The position numbers and the translations under genes were made by a program. The notes beneath the pieces are model-generated. The model saw only the letters and a list, made by a program, of their open reading frames with translations, searched no databases and was not told the origin of the DNA. A stretch of 64,000 nucleotides of DNA from Marsupella aquatica. Taxonomy: Eukaryota; Plantae; Marchantiophyta. Where the stretch lies: positions 22,109,455-22,173,454 of the forward strand of contig OZ316897.1 in NCBI GenBank assembly GCA_973895155.1. Reading direction: 5' to 3'. Position 1 is the stretch's first letter. Every line of letters begins with the position of its first letter. This document shows, one piece after another, positions 42,432 to 52,097 of this stretch.

Positions 42432-45074
42432 ATGTCGCACACGATCCTCTCCAGCTCGGCCATTCGATTCTGGACGCAGTTCCTATCTACCGGAAGGCAC
42501 TTGGCCGATTCATTGAAACACGCCAACCCGCGCCGATACGAGATCGAACGCGAATACGAGAGAGCCATCCGCCTAGCAGGACGACACCACTACGTCCTTA
42601 ACTTTGACTACCCGTCTCAGAGCGAGCTTTACCGACCAGCTGAGGTATCTGGGTACTTCTTTGACGGAGACAAATATATCGGGTTCTGGGAAGCATTGCT
42701 TCGGCTTCCGGACGAGGTCTTCAATATCCCGGGTACAATCGACCTGCAGCGACATCACTTCGACCACATCCCTGCCCAGGTTCGGGCAGTCATTAACGGC
42801 GAGTCCAGTACCAACCGTTCGACAAGGGCGTCCGCACTCGCTTCGGAGAACTTCTACCAGCACCTACAGAGCTTCATGGGAACTCGGCCATCAACCAACA
42901 TGACCAACTCAGCCGGACCCGTACCCGTACCCGTACCCGTGCCCATGCAACCTCAGCTTCAGCTTCAGCCTCAGCCGCAGCCTAGCCAAACCCCACCACC
43001 TATCACCCAGCCAGCACAGGTACGCTCCGTCATCAACGCTGTAGATCTTAGCGATGACGACGAGGCTACCCCACCCTTGACCAGGCGGCCCAGAGGAACA
43101 AGCGCTCGGGGGGCCGACACTATACCGTCCCCACCCCCTGCTCTGACCCCAGGAGCGGCCCCAGCAGACAACATGGTGACCGTGGCCGCCCCGGGCCCGT
43201 TACCAACCGCAGTGGCACTCCCCAGGCCCGATCGGGAGGATGGGGAAGTATCACCTTCCCCGAGTCAGTCACGGGGAAAGAAAAGAAAGGAATCCGCCAG
43301 TGCATCCGGGTTACCGTTGGCCACGGTAGCCGTAGCCAAGGTAACGATGCATCGCATGGGGGAAAACGTTCACAGCAACATCCTCCATCCCAAGCATGCG
43401 GTGTACCTGAAGACTCAGGGATTTGAGCACCTCACCTCTCTCCCCTGGAACACTTGCAGGTACTACGGGGAGGACATGACAAAATTCGTCAAGAATTATG
43501 ACGACGTACGTCAACAGACTCGGCTGCGGGGAAGGAATATGTCCCTCACAGAAGAATGGCTCAAGATGATCTTCGGGTTACCCGAAGGTGACCATCGAGT
43601 CAAATCACGGGCTCCCGGGGGCAAGGGGGCCAAGTACCAATCTTCAAGTTTTCCCTCAGAGGGATCAGTAGACAATGGGTTCGTGATGAGGACCTGCCTC
43701 ATGCCCGAGATAGCTGAGCGGCTGGAGTTCCAGAGGTACGCTCTCCACATGATGGAACCCCGGGGGGAGATCTCCGCCGCCCAGGTCATCCAGGTCGAGA
43801 ACTATCGACCTAGGAGGTGGGCGTCGTACTTCGCTAAGAAATTCCATGAAGAGATGGAGCGGCGAAGGAAGACGCTGTACATTGGCGGGAAGGCGTATTT
43901 CGCTAGCCACATCGAAATCATTCTTGAGTGGTATGCCCGGTTTGATCGACGAACCCTTCCCCGCATCAACGTTACAAAGCTGGTTCCAGCTAGGTGGGTT
44001 TTTCCGGCATTGGAGAGACGGCCCCAACCCGAGGCCCGAAGTCCAGTGGACACGCCAGCTTCACCCACCCCACCTCCACAAATAGCCGTAATCATAACCG
44101 AGGAGGCGCCGGAGGGGTCGGACGTCGCAACCGTTGATGCGACCCAACTAGCCGGGCTAAGTACAGAAGTTGGTACGGTAGAGGTCTTACCCGAACCCGG
44201 GTCTCCCAAGGACCCGCCGGTGGCAATTCCGGAGAACCGGACATCGCTGCAGGAGGATACTCCGGCCCCTTCCAACGTTATGTCCCCAGGGCTGGACGTC
44301 ACTGCCCCGGCCCCTGCGCGTGTTGATGTCTGCCCGTGCCCAAATCCGGACAGGCACAACTTGGACCACCCGGAACTCTTCGTACAGGGTACGTTTTTGA
44401 ACGGGCTTCTGGGAGATTTCTCTCATCAAATTGCCCGGGATACCGGGGAGTTCATGGCTCGGAAGGTAGCCTGTTTCTTCAATCAGGAGTTGGTTGCCGC
44501 CGTAAAGGCAGGGCGGGCCCAGTCGGAGGCCCTTCAGAGGATAGAGCGGTACCGGGTGGAGTCCGTGTACCTAAAGAACGAAGTGGCGGCTCAAGAGGCT
44601 GAGCTTCTGCAACTACGACCCAAGGTAGCAGCCGCCGATGAGTTGTTAGCAAAGGCGTACGCTCTTACCGCCCTAGCCGAACAGGCCAAAGCTGGGAACG
44701 AGGCCGAGATTACACGGCTCCGGAACCAGATTGACAGTTTGAAGAAACAAGCTGTCACCTGGCAGAAAGACCTGGAGGAGGCCGAGGAGCGAGCCCAGCG
44801 GGACGCGACGGAGATAGCCACGCTGCAGGCCGAGATGGCGCGGCTCCAAACCGAGGCCGAGAAGCAGGACCAGCTGGCGAGTAAACTGGCGAGCGACGCC
44901 CAGCAGCTGGAGGAGGCATGTCAGGAGGCAGCAGAGGAGACGGACGCGGCGAGGCGAGAGAACGAATCTCTGCTGGACCAGGTCCAGCTCCTCAAAGCGG
45001 ACAATGATAGGCTTCGAAGGCAGCGGGATGGCCGTTCCCATTCGGGCGGCTCTGGCAAGCGTGCCAGGCATTAG
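42432..45074 (+). CDS. LTR-encoded 880-aa protein of unknown function (N-terminal globular region, Pro-rich linker, plant-transposon-accessory-like central domain, C-terminal coiled coil, basic NLS-like motifs)
   Basis: Uninterrupted 2643-nt ORF wholly inside the 5' LTR. Central LKTQGFEHL..LPW...FVKNY....RLRGRNMSLTEEWLKMIFGLP; heptad-rich Glu/Ala/Gln region ~aa 690-865; RGKKRKE and GKRARH motifs. Confidence 0.85.
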   Translation: MSHTILSSSAIRFWTQFLSTGRHLADSLKHANPRRYEIEREYERAIRLAGRHHYVLNFDYPSQSELYRPAEVSGYFFDGDKYIGFWEALLRLPDEVFNIPGTIDLQRHHFDHIPAQVRAVINGESSTNRSTRASALASENFYQHLQSFMGTRPSTNMTNSAGPVPVPVPVPMQPQLQLQPQPQPSQTPPPITQPAQVRSVINAVDLSDDDEATPPLTRRPRGTSARGADTIPSPPPALTPGAAPADNMVTVAAPGPLPTAVALPRPDREDGEVSPSPSQSRGKKRKESASASGLPLATVAVAKVTMHRMGENVHSNILHPKHAVYLKTQGFEHLTSLPWNTCRYYGEDMTKFVKNYDDVRQQTRLRGRNMSLTEEWLKMIFGLPEGDHRVKSRAPGGKGAKYQSSSFPSEGSVDNGFVMRTCLMPEIAERLEFQRYALHMMEPRGEISAAQVIQVENYRPRRWASYFAKKFHEEMERRRKTLYIGGKAYFASHIEIILEWYARFDRRTLPRINVTKLVPARWVFPALERRPQPEARSPVDTPASPTPPPQIAVIITEEAPEGSDVATVDATQLAGLSTEVGTVEVLPEPGSPKDPPVAIPENRTSLQEDTPAPSNVMSPGLDVTAPAPARVDVCPCPNPDRHNLDHPELFVQGTFLNGLLGDFSHQIARDTGEFMARKVACFFNQELVAAVKAGRAQSEALQRIERYRVESVYLKNEVAAQEAELLQLRPKVAAADELLAKAYALTALAEQAKAGNEAEITRLRNQIDSLKKQAVTWQKDLEEAEERAQRDATEIATLQAEMARLQTEAEKQDQLASKLASDAQQLEEACQEAAEETDAARRENESLLDQVQLLKADNDRLRRQRDGRSHSGGSGKRARH

Positions 45075-45986
45075 CGGCGGAGTAGGAATAGATTAGGATT
45101 AGGATTGGCTTAGTCAGGCTCTTGGGACAGGCACCTGCCTTAGGTACGGCAGCGCTGCCCTGCTGTCCAGCCTGCGTAGATTAGGATCTTCTAATAAGAC
45201 ACAGCCGTTTTCCGGCCTGACTGTCAGCTTAGTTAGGACCTTGGTCAGCGAATCTTCGGCGGGAGGACACCCCGTTCCTCGGCTCTTAGTATTTAGTGCA
45301 CCCCTCGGTAGAGGCAGGGGGGGTTTTTTAGTTTCAGAGTCGGACATCTGCGGGACATGCGGGGAGTCCCGACCTCTGGGAATGACAGAGTACCAAGGGG
45401 AGGGGGTAGGACTAAGCTTGCCGGGCGAGTGCGGAGCCGGGCTCCGTTGTAGTGTGCACCCTTGGCCTTGAACCTGTGCATTCCAGGGCTGTCGTGTCAA
45501 CTAAGTGTACGCATATGTTCCCTTTGTAGTAAAAATCCTTTCCCATCATTTTTCCTTCGTGTAAATCGAGATTGTATGCATGTGTGCGCATATGTGTGTG
45601 GGTTTCTCGTATATGGGTGGCAGCGCCGGGCCGAACGCACTACCCGAGACGTGCACAGGGTGCAGCCTGCGGGTAAGTGGTTGCGAGCACGGGTTGAGGA
45701 CCTGTATCATCGAATCCGGATCGAAGGCGGACAGCACGAAGGCTTAGAAGCCCTTAAGCCGGGGTCGATCCTGCTATCGACTAAGGTACGTTTCGGCGGC
45801 GGAACACAAACCATACCTAGGAGGTGTCCGTATTTAGCAGTATGCGCACTTAGCGCTAGTTTATGAGAATAAGGTGCATTACGTGCTTCCCTTCCTGCCC
45901 GAACCCTCAGATTTACGAGGGATGTGCCCGTCTAAGCTGAAGTCTGAGTTAAAGCCGAAGCCTACGACGTGACATAGCCTTTGTTT

Positions 45987-46004
45987 TGGCGCTAGATGGA
46001 GGGG
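45987..46004 (+). promoter_or_regulatory. Primer-binding site, tRNA-Asn-like
   Basis: TGGCGCTAGATGGAGGGG is complementary, with one mismatch, to the plant tRNA-Asn 3' end (…CCCCTCCTTCTAGCGCCA, recalled from memory). It lies 12 nt after the LTR end. Confidence 0.7.
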
Positions 46005-46097
46005 GCACTCTACATATCGTAGAGGGGAGACATGTGCGTATTCACCTAGGCAGGATACATCAGGACGTAGTACTAACCATTGCATTTATATGAGTAA

Positions 46098-49000
46098 ATG
46101 CCCGTCACTCGTTCTCAAGCAGCTTACTTGAGGAGATTGACCAGCGAACGAGAAAGTGCAACCACAACAAGCTCCGACTCGTCGGGCTCGGAGGACTCGC
46201 AATCGTCCCGACGTATGAACATACCCCCGGGATCTTCGGGGTCCGGTTCGACCGGCCCTGCTGCGGTTCCACCACCACCACCACCACCACCACCACCTAT
46301 GGCAGCCGCTCCACCGGTGGCCCGCGCTGCTCAGGCGCCTCCACAAATATCGCAACGATCGCGATTTCATTATCGACCTTTCAAAGGGCGTCATGGGGAT
46401 GATCCGGATGAATGGTTGGATGAGTTTGAAGCCACTGCTAAAGCTAATGGGGAAGACGCCATTAAGCTAACCATCCTCCCGGGAGTAATGCGGGGAGAAG
46501 CTCGTCCATGGTACAACTCGTTACCACCCGGGACTACCTGGGCACAATTCCAAGCTGCATTGCTGCAGGAGTTTCGTGCCATTGGATCAGAACAACGTTC
46601 TCTATTAAAGATTGGCCAGCTTCGCATGGGAAAAAAAGAGTCCCTGCGGAAGTTCATTCAGAAGTTTCAGAAACTTGCGGCCAAGATCCGGCCCAGGCCA
46701 GGAGACGCGCTCCAGCTTACATGGTTCCTTCATGGTTTGCCCACGAATATGCAATTCTGGGTACGCCAGAATAATCCAATTTCAATGCAGGCGGCCATAG
46801 CGTGCGCCGAAACTTACCGGGAGTCCACCTATAACTCCCGGCGGAGCCAGCGAGCACGCCGCAGGAAGGGTAAGTACGAAACCTTCAGTGACAGTGACTC
46901 CGAATCGGACGACGAGAGGAAGAAGAAACGGAAGAAGAAGAAGAAACATCGTTTGACCTCGTCCAGCTCCGAGACGGAATCCAGTTCGGATTCAGCTTCA
47001 AGCATCGGATCCTCTACCTCCAGTTCATCAGGAAGTGACTTGGAGAGCGAAAGCCGGAGCAAAAAGAAGAAGAGACGAGTGAAGAAGGAGGGGAAGATTA
47101 AACCCCGGGCGCAAAGAACGATACCAGATCCAAAGGCTGCCGAAGCAGACAAGCTGAACGAAATCACGGATCGACTCAAAGCACTGTCAGTACATCTTTC
47201 GGAGAAGCCGGTGGAGAAGAAGAAGCCATCTGAGATTCGAGCCCATGCGTGGTGTTCAAAGTGCTTCCAATCCGGCCATGTGGTGCAGGAATGCCCAAGG
47301 TGGAAGAACCGAGTTCACCAAGTAGAGCTGGATGATGTTGACAACCCGGGCCCCGAATCGGAGTCCACGGAGTATTTCTTTGAGGACCCTCCTGATTCCG
47401 TGTACCAGATTTCAACGGTTGGTCCGCGTAATTTAGCGGGTAGAACTGCGTACCCCTACCCAAGTAATGGCCGGAGTTTCCAGGTTATCAGTAACCCGAG
47501 CATCCCTCCTAAGCCAGGGATGTGGCGGTCCCCGGTTTGTTACAACTGTGAAAAGCCAGGACACTTTGCGAGGGAATGCACCGAACCAAGACGTCAGGGA
47601 GATGGCCGAGGCACCCCACTATGTCAAGTTTGCAAAACAGAGGCTCATTCCACGGCCAACTGTCCGTTGGTAATCGCTGCTCGAACAAGTGCGGCTAGAC
47701 CGGCCCAGGCTGGACCAGTCACGAGCGATGCAGTCGTCCAAATGATTGCTGTAGAATGGCAAGATGACAACACCGAGTGGGTGAATCTGGTGGACGTGGC
47801 GGAACACCCTAATCCATTGGATGAGGCCGAGTGCTACCGAGTGTCGACAAGGGCCGAACGGAAGGAAGAAAAGACGGAGGAGAAACGGAGGAAAAAGCAA
47901 GATACTACTCCAGTGCAGCCAGCGATAAATATACCCCCGGAAAAGGACGATGACTACCGACGGGACGACCCGAAGCTATTTTTCCCCCGCATCGAAGAAT
48001 TGGTAAAGAAACAGCTGGAGGCTTACGAAGCTCGGGAATACCAGAAGGCAATCGATAAGGACATCAAAGCAGCCGAGACAGCCCGGCGTCAGGAGCAAGA
48101 AAAGCAAGATAAACAAGAGGAAGCCAAGCAGCAGCCAACGAAAGAAACAAAGGAGGACTATGATATTAAGGAGGACGTGAAGAGTTGCCCGGTTACAACG
48201 ACGGTGGGGCAACTGCTGCAGAACAACCCACAGTACAGACGACAACTGAGGGAGTTGCTCATGGGTCGCCGAAGGAGAAGACTACCCCGAGTTGGGAGTG
48301 CGGACTGCAACATGATATGCGAGGACCTTCGAGCGCCGGACATCTCGATCGAAATTAATAACTGTACCATCAAGATGGTCCTTGTAGACGGAGGAGCGGG
48401 AGTCAACATCATGACTGAAGAAACGTCAGTCAAGTTAGGATACCTCACGTATCAACCCACGGCCCGAGCTATCAGATTAGCAAACGGGGCAAGGGTCCTC
48501 CCATTAGGCACGCTCACACGAGTGCTCACTCTGGTGGGAGGGGTAGAGTTCTATCTCAACTTCTTAGTCATGAGGCCGGTTCGTCCCTCCTCTTATCCGG
48601 TTCTTCTGGGCAGGCCGTGGCTGTACGGTGGCCGTGTAGTCACGGATTGGGGAAAGAAGGAGCTACGGTTCGGGGAACCCACCGTACGGGTATCCTGGGC
48701 AATGGACGATTATCAGGGAGAAACCCCACAAGGACCCGAGGAATATGATTCGGAGACCTCGGAGGAAGAGGAACTCAATATGATCGAACTCATCTCGTCC
48801 CTATCCGAGGAAGATGTCTTCGGAGTTGAAGCAACCCGAGAAACACATCTCCTAAATTACCCGAGGGCTGCCATTGAGTCCACCCCAAGTACATCTACTG
48901 TCGGGGATGAGGAAACGCACGAACAACTCGTCGAGACGGAGGACACGGCTCCAGCTAAGCAGGGAGCCGTGGCTACTCCTTCCATTTCAGAGCCTTGTAA

Positions 49001-52000
49001 CCATGAACCAGCCCAACAACCGCCTGAGGCCGAAAACTTGAGACCGAGACATAAAAAGCGAGTCTCATGGGATCCGTCCATTCCGCAATTGGAGGAAGTA
49101 AACCCCATCCCGAGACCAATCCCGGTCCCACCCATGTACGGAGGGGTTCGGTTAGCTGAGCTTGACGCGAGCCTGGACCCGAGTCTGCGAAACCAGGTTG
49201 AAGTCATCAGGAAGGAGCACTACCGGAAGTACACTATTGGGATGGACAAATCTTTTAACCTGGGCCACGCTTTGACGGGGAAGGCTGAAAAAGCCATCCA
49301 AGCTTTGCTCAAGGAATATGAAGATGTGTTTGCATGGAGTCATCATGATTTAACAGGCGTCTCCCCCGAGTTGGGAGAACACACAATCGATCTGAACCTA
49401 GGAGCCCATGCGGTACGACAGCGACAACGTCGCATGAATCCGAGGTACTCCATCTTAGTGAAGGAGGAAATTGATCGTCTCCTCGCCGCCGATATCATTT
49501 ACCCGGTAATGGCCAGCGACTGGGTCTCTCCCATTGTCATTGTACCAAAGAAGGGAGGTACGGATGGAAAACCTAAGATTCGTATCTGTCAGGACTACCG
49601 TAAGCTGAATGACGCAACCCGAAAAGACCATTACCCATTACCATTCACGGATATGGTTCTAGATATGGTGGCCCGAAATGAAATCTATACATTTCTTGAC
49701 GGGTATTCAGGTTATAACCAAATCTGGATTCGTCTCGCGGATCAGCTCAAAACAACGTTCACTACGGAGTGGGGAACGTTCGCATTTCGGAGGATGCCTT
49801 TTGGTCTGTGTAACGCCCCGGCTATGTTTCAGCGCCTTATGATGAATATCTTCCACGATTTCCTACGGGAATTTTTGGAGATATTTATCGATGACTTTGC
49901 CATCTTCGGAACCGTTGCCATGCACCCCGAACACCTACGACGAACGTTGCAACGATGCCGAGATGTTAACCTCAAACTACATCCCGCCAAATGCTTCTTC
50001 GGGGTAGAGGAGGGGGTGTTACTCGGGCATCGTGTGTCCAAACGGGGCATTGAGGTGGACCAAGAGAAAGTTGCGGCCTGGATGGCGGTGGTGTTCCCCT
50101 TGGATCAAAAAGCAGTACGATCCTTCTTGGGCTGCGTAGGGTATTACCGCCGGTTCATTAAAGACTTTGCTAAAATTGCGTTGCCCTTAACTGAGATGAT
50201 GAAGAAGGACGCAGCGGTCGAGGAAACACCCCGGAGACGGATTGCTTTTGAGGAACTCCGTAAACGACTCACCACCGCGCCTATCATGGTCACCCCAGAT
50301 TGGAATAAGGAGTTCCACGTGTATGTCGATGTGTCAGGGTTCTGTATCGGATCCGTACTTAGTCAGCTAGATGAGGATGGACGTGATCACCCCATCTATT
50401 TCGCTAGCCGTCAACTATTTGCAGCCGAAAAGAATTATTCCCCCACTGATCGAGAAGCTTTGGAAATAATCTACTCGTGTAAAAAGTTCCGACACTATCT
50501 GCTAGGCTACAAGGTCATTTTCCACACGGATCATGATAGCCTGAAGTACATGGTCAACAAAGCGGATGTGACAGGACGGATAGCCCGGTGGGTGCTACTT
50601 CTCCAGGAATTTAATTACGAAGTTCGGGTTCGGCCAGGAAGGGTACACCTCAATGCCGATTTCTTTTCACGACTGGACGGCGTACCAGTCGATCAGCCAA
50701 TTGATGATATTTTTCCGGATGAGGAGTTGTTCCACGTAGGGGAAGGGACACCAACGTGGTATGGCTCAATAATCACCTTCCTTTTAACGGGCCGCATCCC
50801 TGACGGCATCAATCAGGAGGCCGCCGCTGTGTTTTTACGGAAAGCCGGGCCTTATGTCATGATACAGGGTCACCTACATAAGGAAGGTATTAACGGAAAG
50901 TTACGACGCTGCTTAGAGTATAAGGAGACACTTATCGTGATACGGGCCCTGCATGAAGAAGAAGCTGGAGGCCATTTCGCGGCAGTTACGACAGCCCAAA
51001 AGATTCTGGACTCGGGGTATTGGTGGCCTACGTTGCATCGGGATGTACAGCGCTTCATTAAGGGCTGTGACTTGTGTCAGCGAGCGGGGGCCCCGAGGCG
51101 GGCTCATCATCACCCGCTCACATCTGTGCTTCCATTGGCACCATTCAAAAAATGGGGAATTGATTATATCGGACCGTTCACTCCCGTTACCCGAAGGCGA
51201 AGGTGCAGGTACATCCTATTAGCTATTGATTACTCCACCAAATGGGTCGAAGCGCGGGCTACGGTAAAGGACGACGCCGCAACCAGTGCCAGATTCTTAT
51301 ACGAACAGATTTTCACCCGATTCGGACCGCCCTTAGAATTGGTAAGCGACCGTGGAACCCACTTCCTCAATGACACCGTAGCCCAGCTTACGGAGCGTTA
51401 CCTAGTCAAGCACCGCAAGACTACCCCATATCATCCTAAAGCCAACGGGATGGCGGAGAGAGCAAATGGTATCATTGGGAAGATCCTCAACAAAACTGTA
51501 GCTGCGCACAAAATGGATTGGGATGATAAGTTGTACGCGGCGGTGTACTCGTATAATCTAGCTTACAAAACTACTACGAGTCATAGCCCGTACTTTCTGG
51601 TGTTCGGCCAACATTCGTTGGTGCCCGTCGAATTTGAAGTGCACACTCCACGGGTCAGCATTCGGGATCGCTTACCTGAATCTGAAAGTCTGTCAGACCG
51701 AGCTTATCAGATTGAAGCCTTGGAAGAAGCACGGCTACTGGCAGCTCGACACACCGTGAAGAAACAGGCAACTTCGAAGAAGCAGCACGACAAAGGACTA
51801 CGGAGGGTCGACGTCGTGGCAGGCGATCTAGTCCTTCTGTACGATAGTAGGTACATGCAGTTTCCAGGGAAGCTGCATACCCGGTGGTTGGGGCCCTTCC
51901 TTGTCAATCAGATCTACCGAAACGGATCTTTGGAGCTTGCGACGTATGCCGGCGATTTACTCCCCACACGAATCAGCTACGATCGTGTAAAAAAGTACCA

Positions 52001-52097
52001 CCATCAAGATGACGACGCCGATAGCGATGTTCGCGAGGACGCTTCACAATTAAGCAGGGAGCTATGTGACGCCGCCGGTACGGCGGTTAATGAGTGA
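46098..52097 (+). CDS. gag-pol: Ty3/gypsy Gag-Pol polyprotein (single ORF, 1999 aa)
   Basis: Gag DPDEWLDEFE; three CCHC knuckles; protease LVDGGAG; RT CQDYRKLN, FLDGYSGYNQI, MPFGLCNAP, FIDD; RNase H YVDVSG...TDHDSL; integrase GGHF/CDLC, WGIDYIGP, SDRGTHF, NGMAE; WLGPF motif; no chromodomain. The stop lies 33 nt inside the 3' LTR. Confidence 0.97.
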   Translation: MPVTRSQAAYLRRLTSERESATTTSSDSSGSEDSQSSRRMNIPPGSSGSGSTGPAAVPPPPPPPPPPMAAAPPVARAAQAPPQISQRSRFHYRPFKGRHGDDPDEWLDEFEATAKANGEDAIKLTILPGVMRGEARPWYNSLPPGTTWAQFQAALLQEFRAIGSEQRSLLKIGQLRMGKKESLRKFIQKFQKLAAKIRPRPGDALQLTWFLHGLPTNMQFWVRQNNPISMQAAIACAETYRESTYNSRRSQRARRRKGKYETFSDSDSESDDERKKKRKKKKKHRLTSSSSETESSSDSASSIGSSTSSSSGSDLESESRSKKKKRRVKKEGKIKPRAQRTIPDPKAAEADKLNEITDRLKALSVHLSEKPVEKKKPSEIRAHAWCSKCFQSGHVVQECPRWKNRVHQVELDDVDNPGPESESTEYFFEDPPDSVYQISTVGPRNLAGRTAYPYPSNGRSFQVISNPSIPPKPGMWRSPVCYNCEKPGHFARECTEPRRQGDGRGTPLCQVCKTEAHSTANCPLVIAARTSAARPAQAGPVTSDAVVQMIAVEWQDDNTEWVNLVDVAEHPNPLDEAECYRVSTRAERKEEKTEEKRRKKQDTTPVQPAINIPPEKDDDYRRDDPKLFFPRIEELVKKQLEAYEAREYQKAIDKDIKAAETARRQEQEKQDKQEEAKQQPTKETKEDYDIKEDVKSCPVTTTVGQLLQNNPQYRRQLRELLMGRRRRRLPRVGSADCNMICEDLRAPDISIEINNCTIKMVLVDGGAGVNIMTEETSVKLGYLTYQPTARAIRLANGARVLPLGTLTRVLTLVGGVEFYLNFLVMRPVRPSSYPVLLGRPWLYGGRVVTDWGKKELRFGEPTVRVSWAMDDYQGETPQGPEEYDSETSEEEELNMIELISSLSEEDVFGVEATRETHLLNYPRAAIESTPSTSTVGDEETHEQLVETEDTAPAKQGAVATPSISEPCNHEPAQQPPEAENLRPRHKKRVSWDPSIPQLEEVNPIPRPIPVPPMYGGVRLAELDASLDPSLRNQVEVIRKEHYRKYTIGMDKSFNLGHALTGKAEKAIQALLKEYEDVFAWSHHDLTGVSPELGEHTIDLNLGAHAVRQRQRRMNPRYSILVKEEIDRLLAADIIYPVMASDWVSPIVIVPKKGGTDGKPKIRICQDYRKLNDATRKDHYPLPFTDMVLDMVARNEIYTFLDGYSGYNQIWIRLADQLKTTFTTEWGTFAFRRMPFGLCNAPAMFQRLMMNIFHDFLREFLEIFIDDFAIFGTVAMHPEHLRRTLQRCRDVNLKLHPAKCFFGVEEGVLLGHRVSKRGIEVDQEKVAAWMAVVFPLDQKAVRSFLGCVGYYRRFIKDFAKIALPLTEMMKKDAAVEETPRRRIAFEELRKRLTTAPIMVTPDWNKEFHVYVDVSGFCIGSVLSQLDEDGRDHPIYFASRQLFAAEKNYSPTDREALEIIYSCKKFRHYLLGYKVIFHTDHDSLKYMVNKADVTGRIARWVLLLQEFNYEVRVRPGRVHLNADFFSRLDGVPVDQPIDDIFPDEELFHVGEGTPTWYGSIITFLLTGRIPDGINQEAAAVFLRKAGPYVMIQGHLHKEGINGKLRRCLEYKETLIVIRALHEEEAGGHFAAVTTAQKILDSGYWWPTLHRDVQRFIKGCDLCQRAGAPRRAHHHPLTSVLPLAPFKKWGIDYIGPFTPVTRRRRCRYILLAIDYSTKWVEARATVKDDAATSARFLYEQIFTRFGPPLELVSDRGTHFLNDTVAQLTERYLVKHRKTTPYHPKANGMAERANGIIGKILNKTVAAHKMDWDDKLYAAVYSYNLAYKTTTSHSPYFLVFGQHSLVPVEFEVHTPRVSIRDRLPESESLSDRAYQIEALEEARLLAARHTVKKQATSKKQHDKGLRRVDVVAGDLVLLYDSRYMQFPGKLHTRWLGPFLVNQIYRNGSLELATYAGDLLPTRISYDRVKKYHHQDDDADSDVREDASQLSRELCDAAGTAVNE

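Larger units (their letters stand above)
41966..45974 (+). repeat. 5' LTR (4009 bp)
   Basis: Near-identical direct repeat of 52065-56067. Confidence 0.96.
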
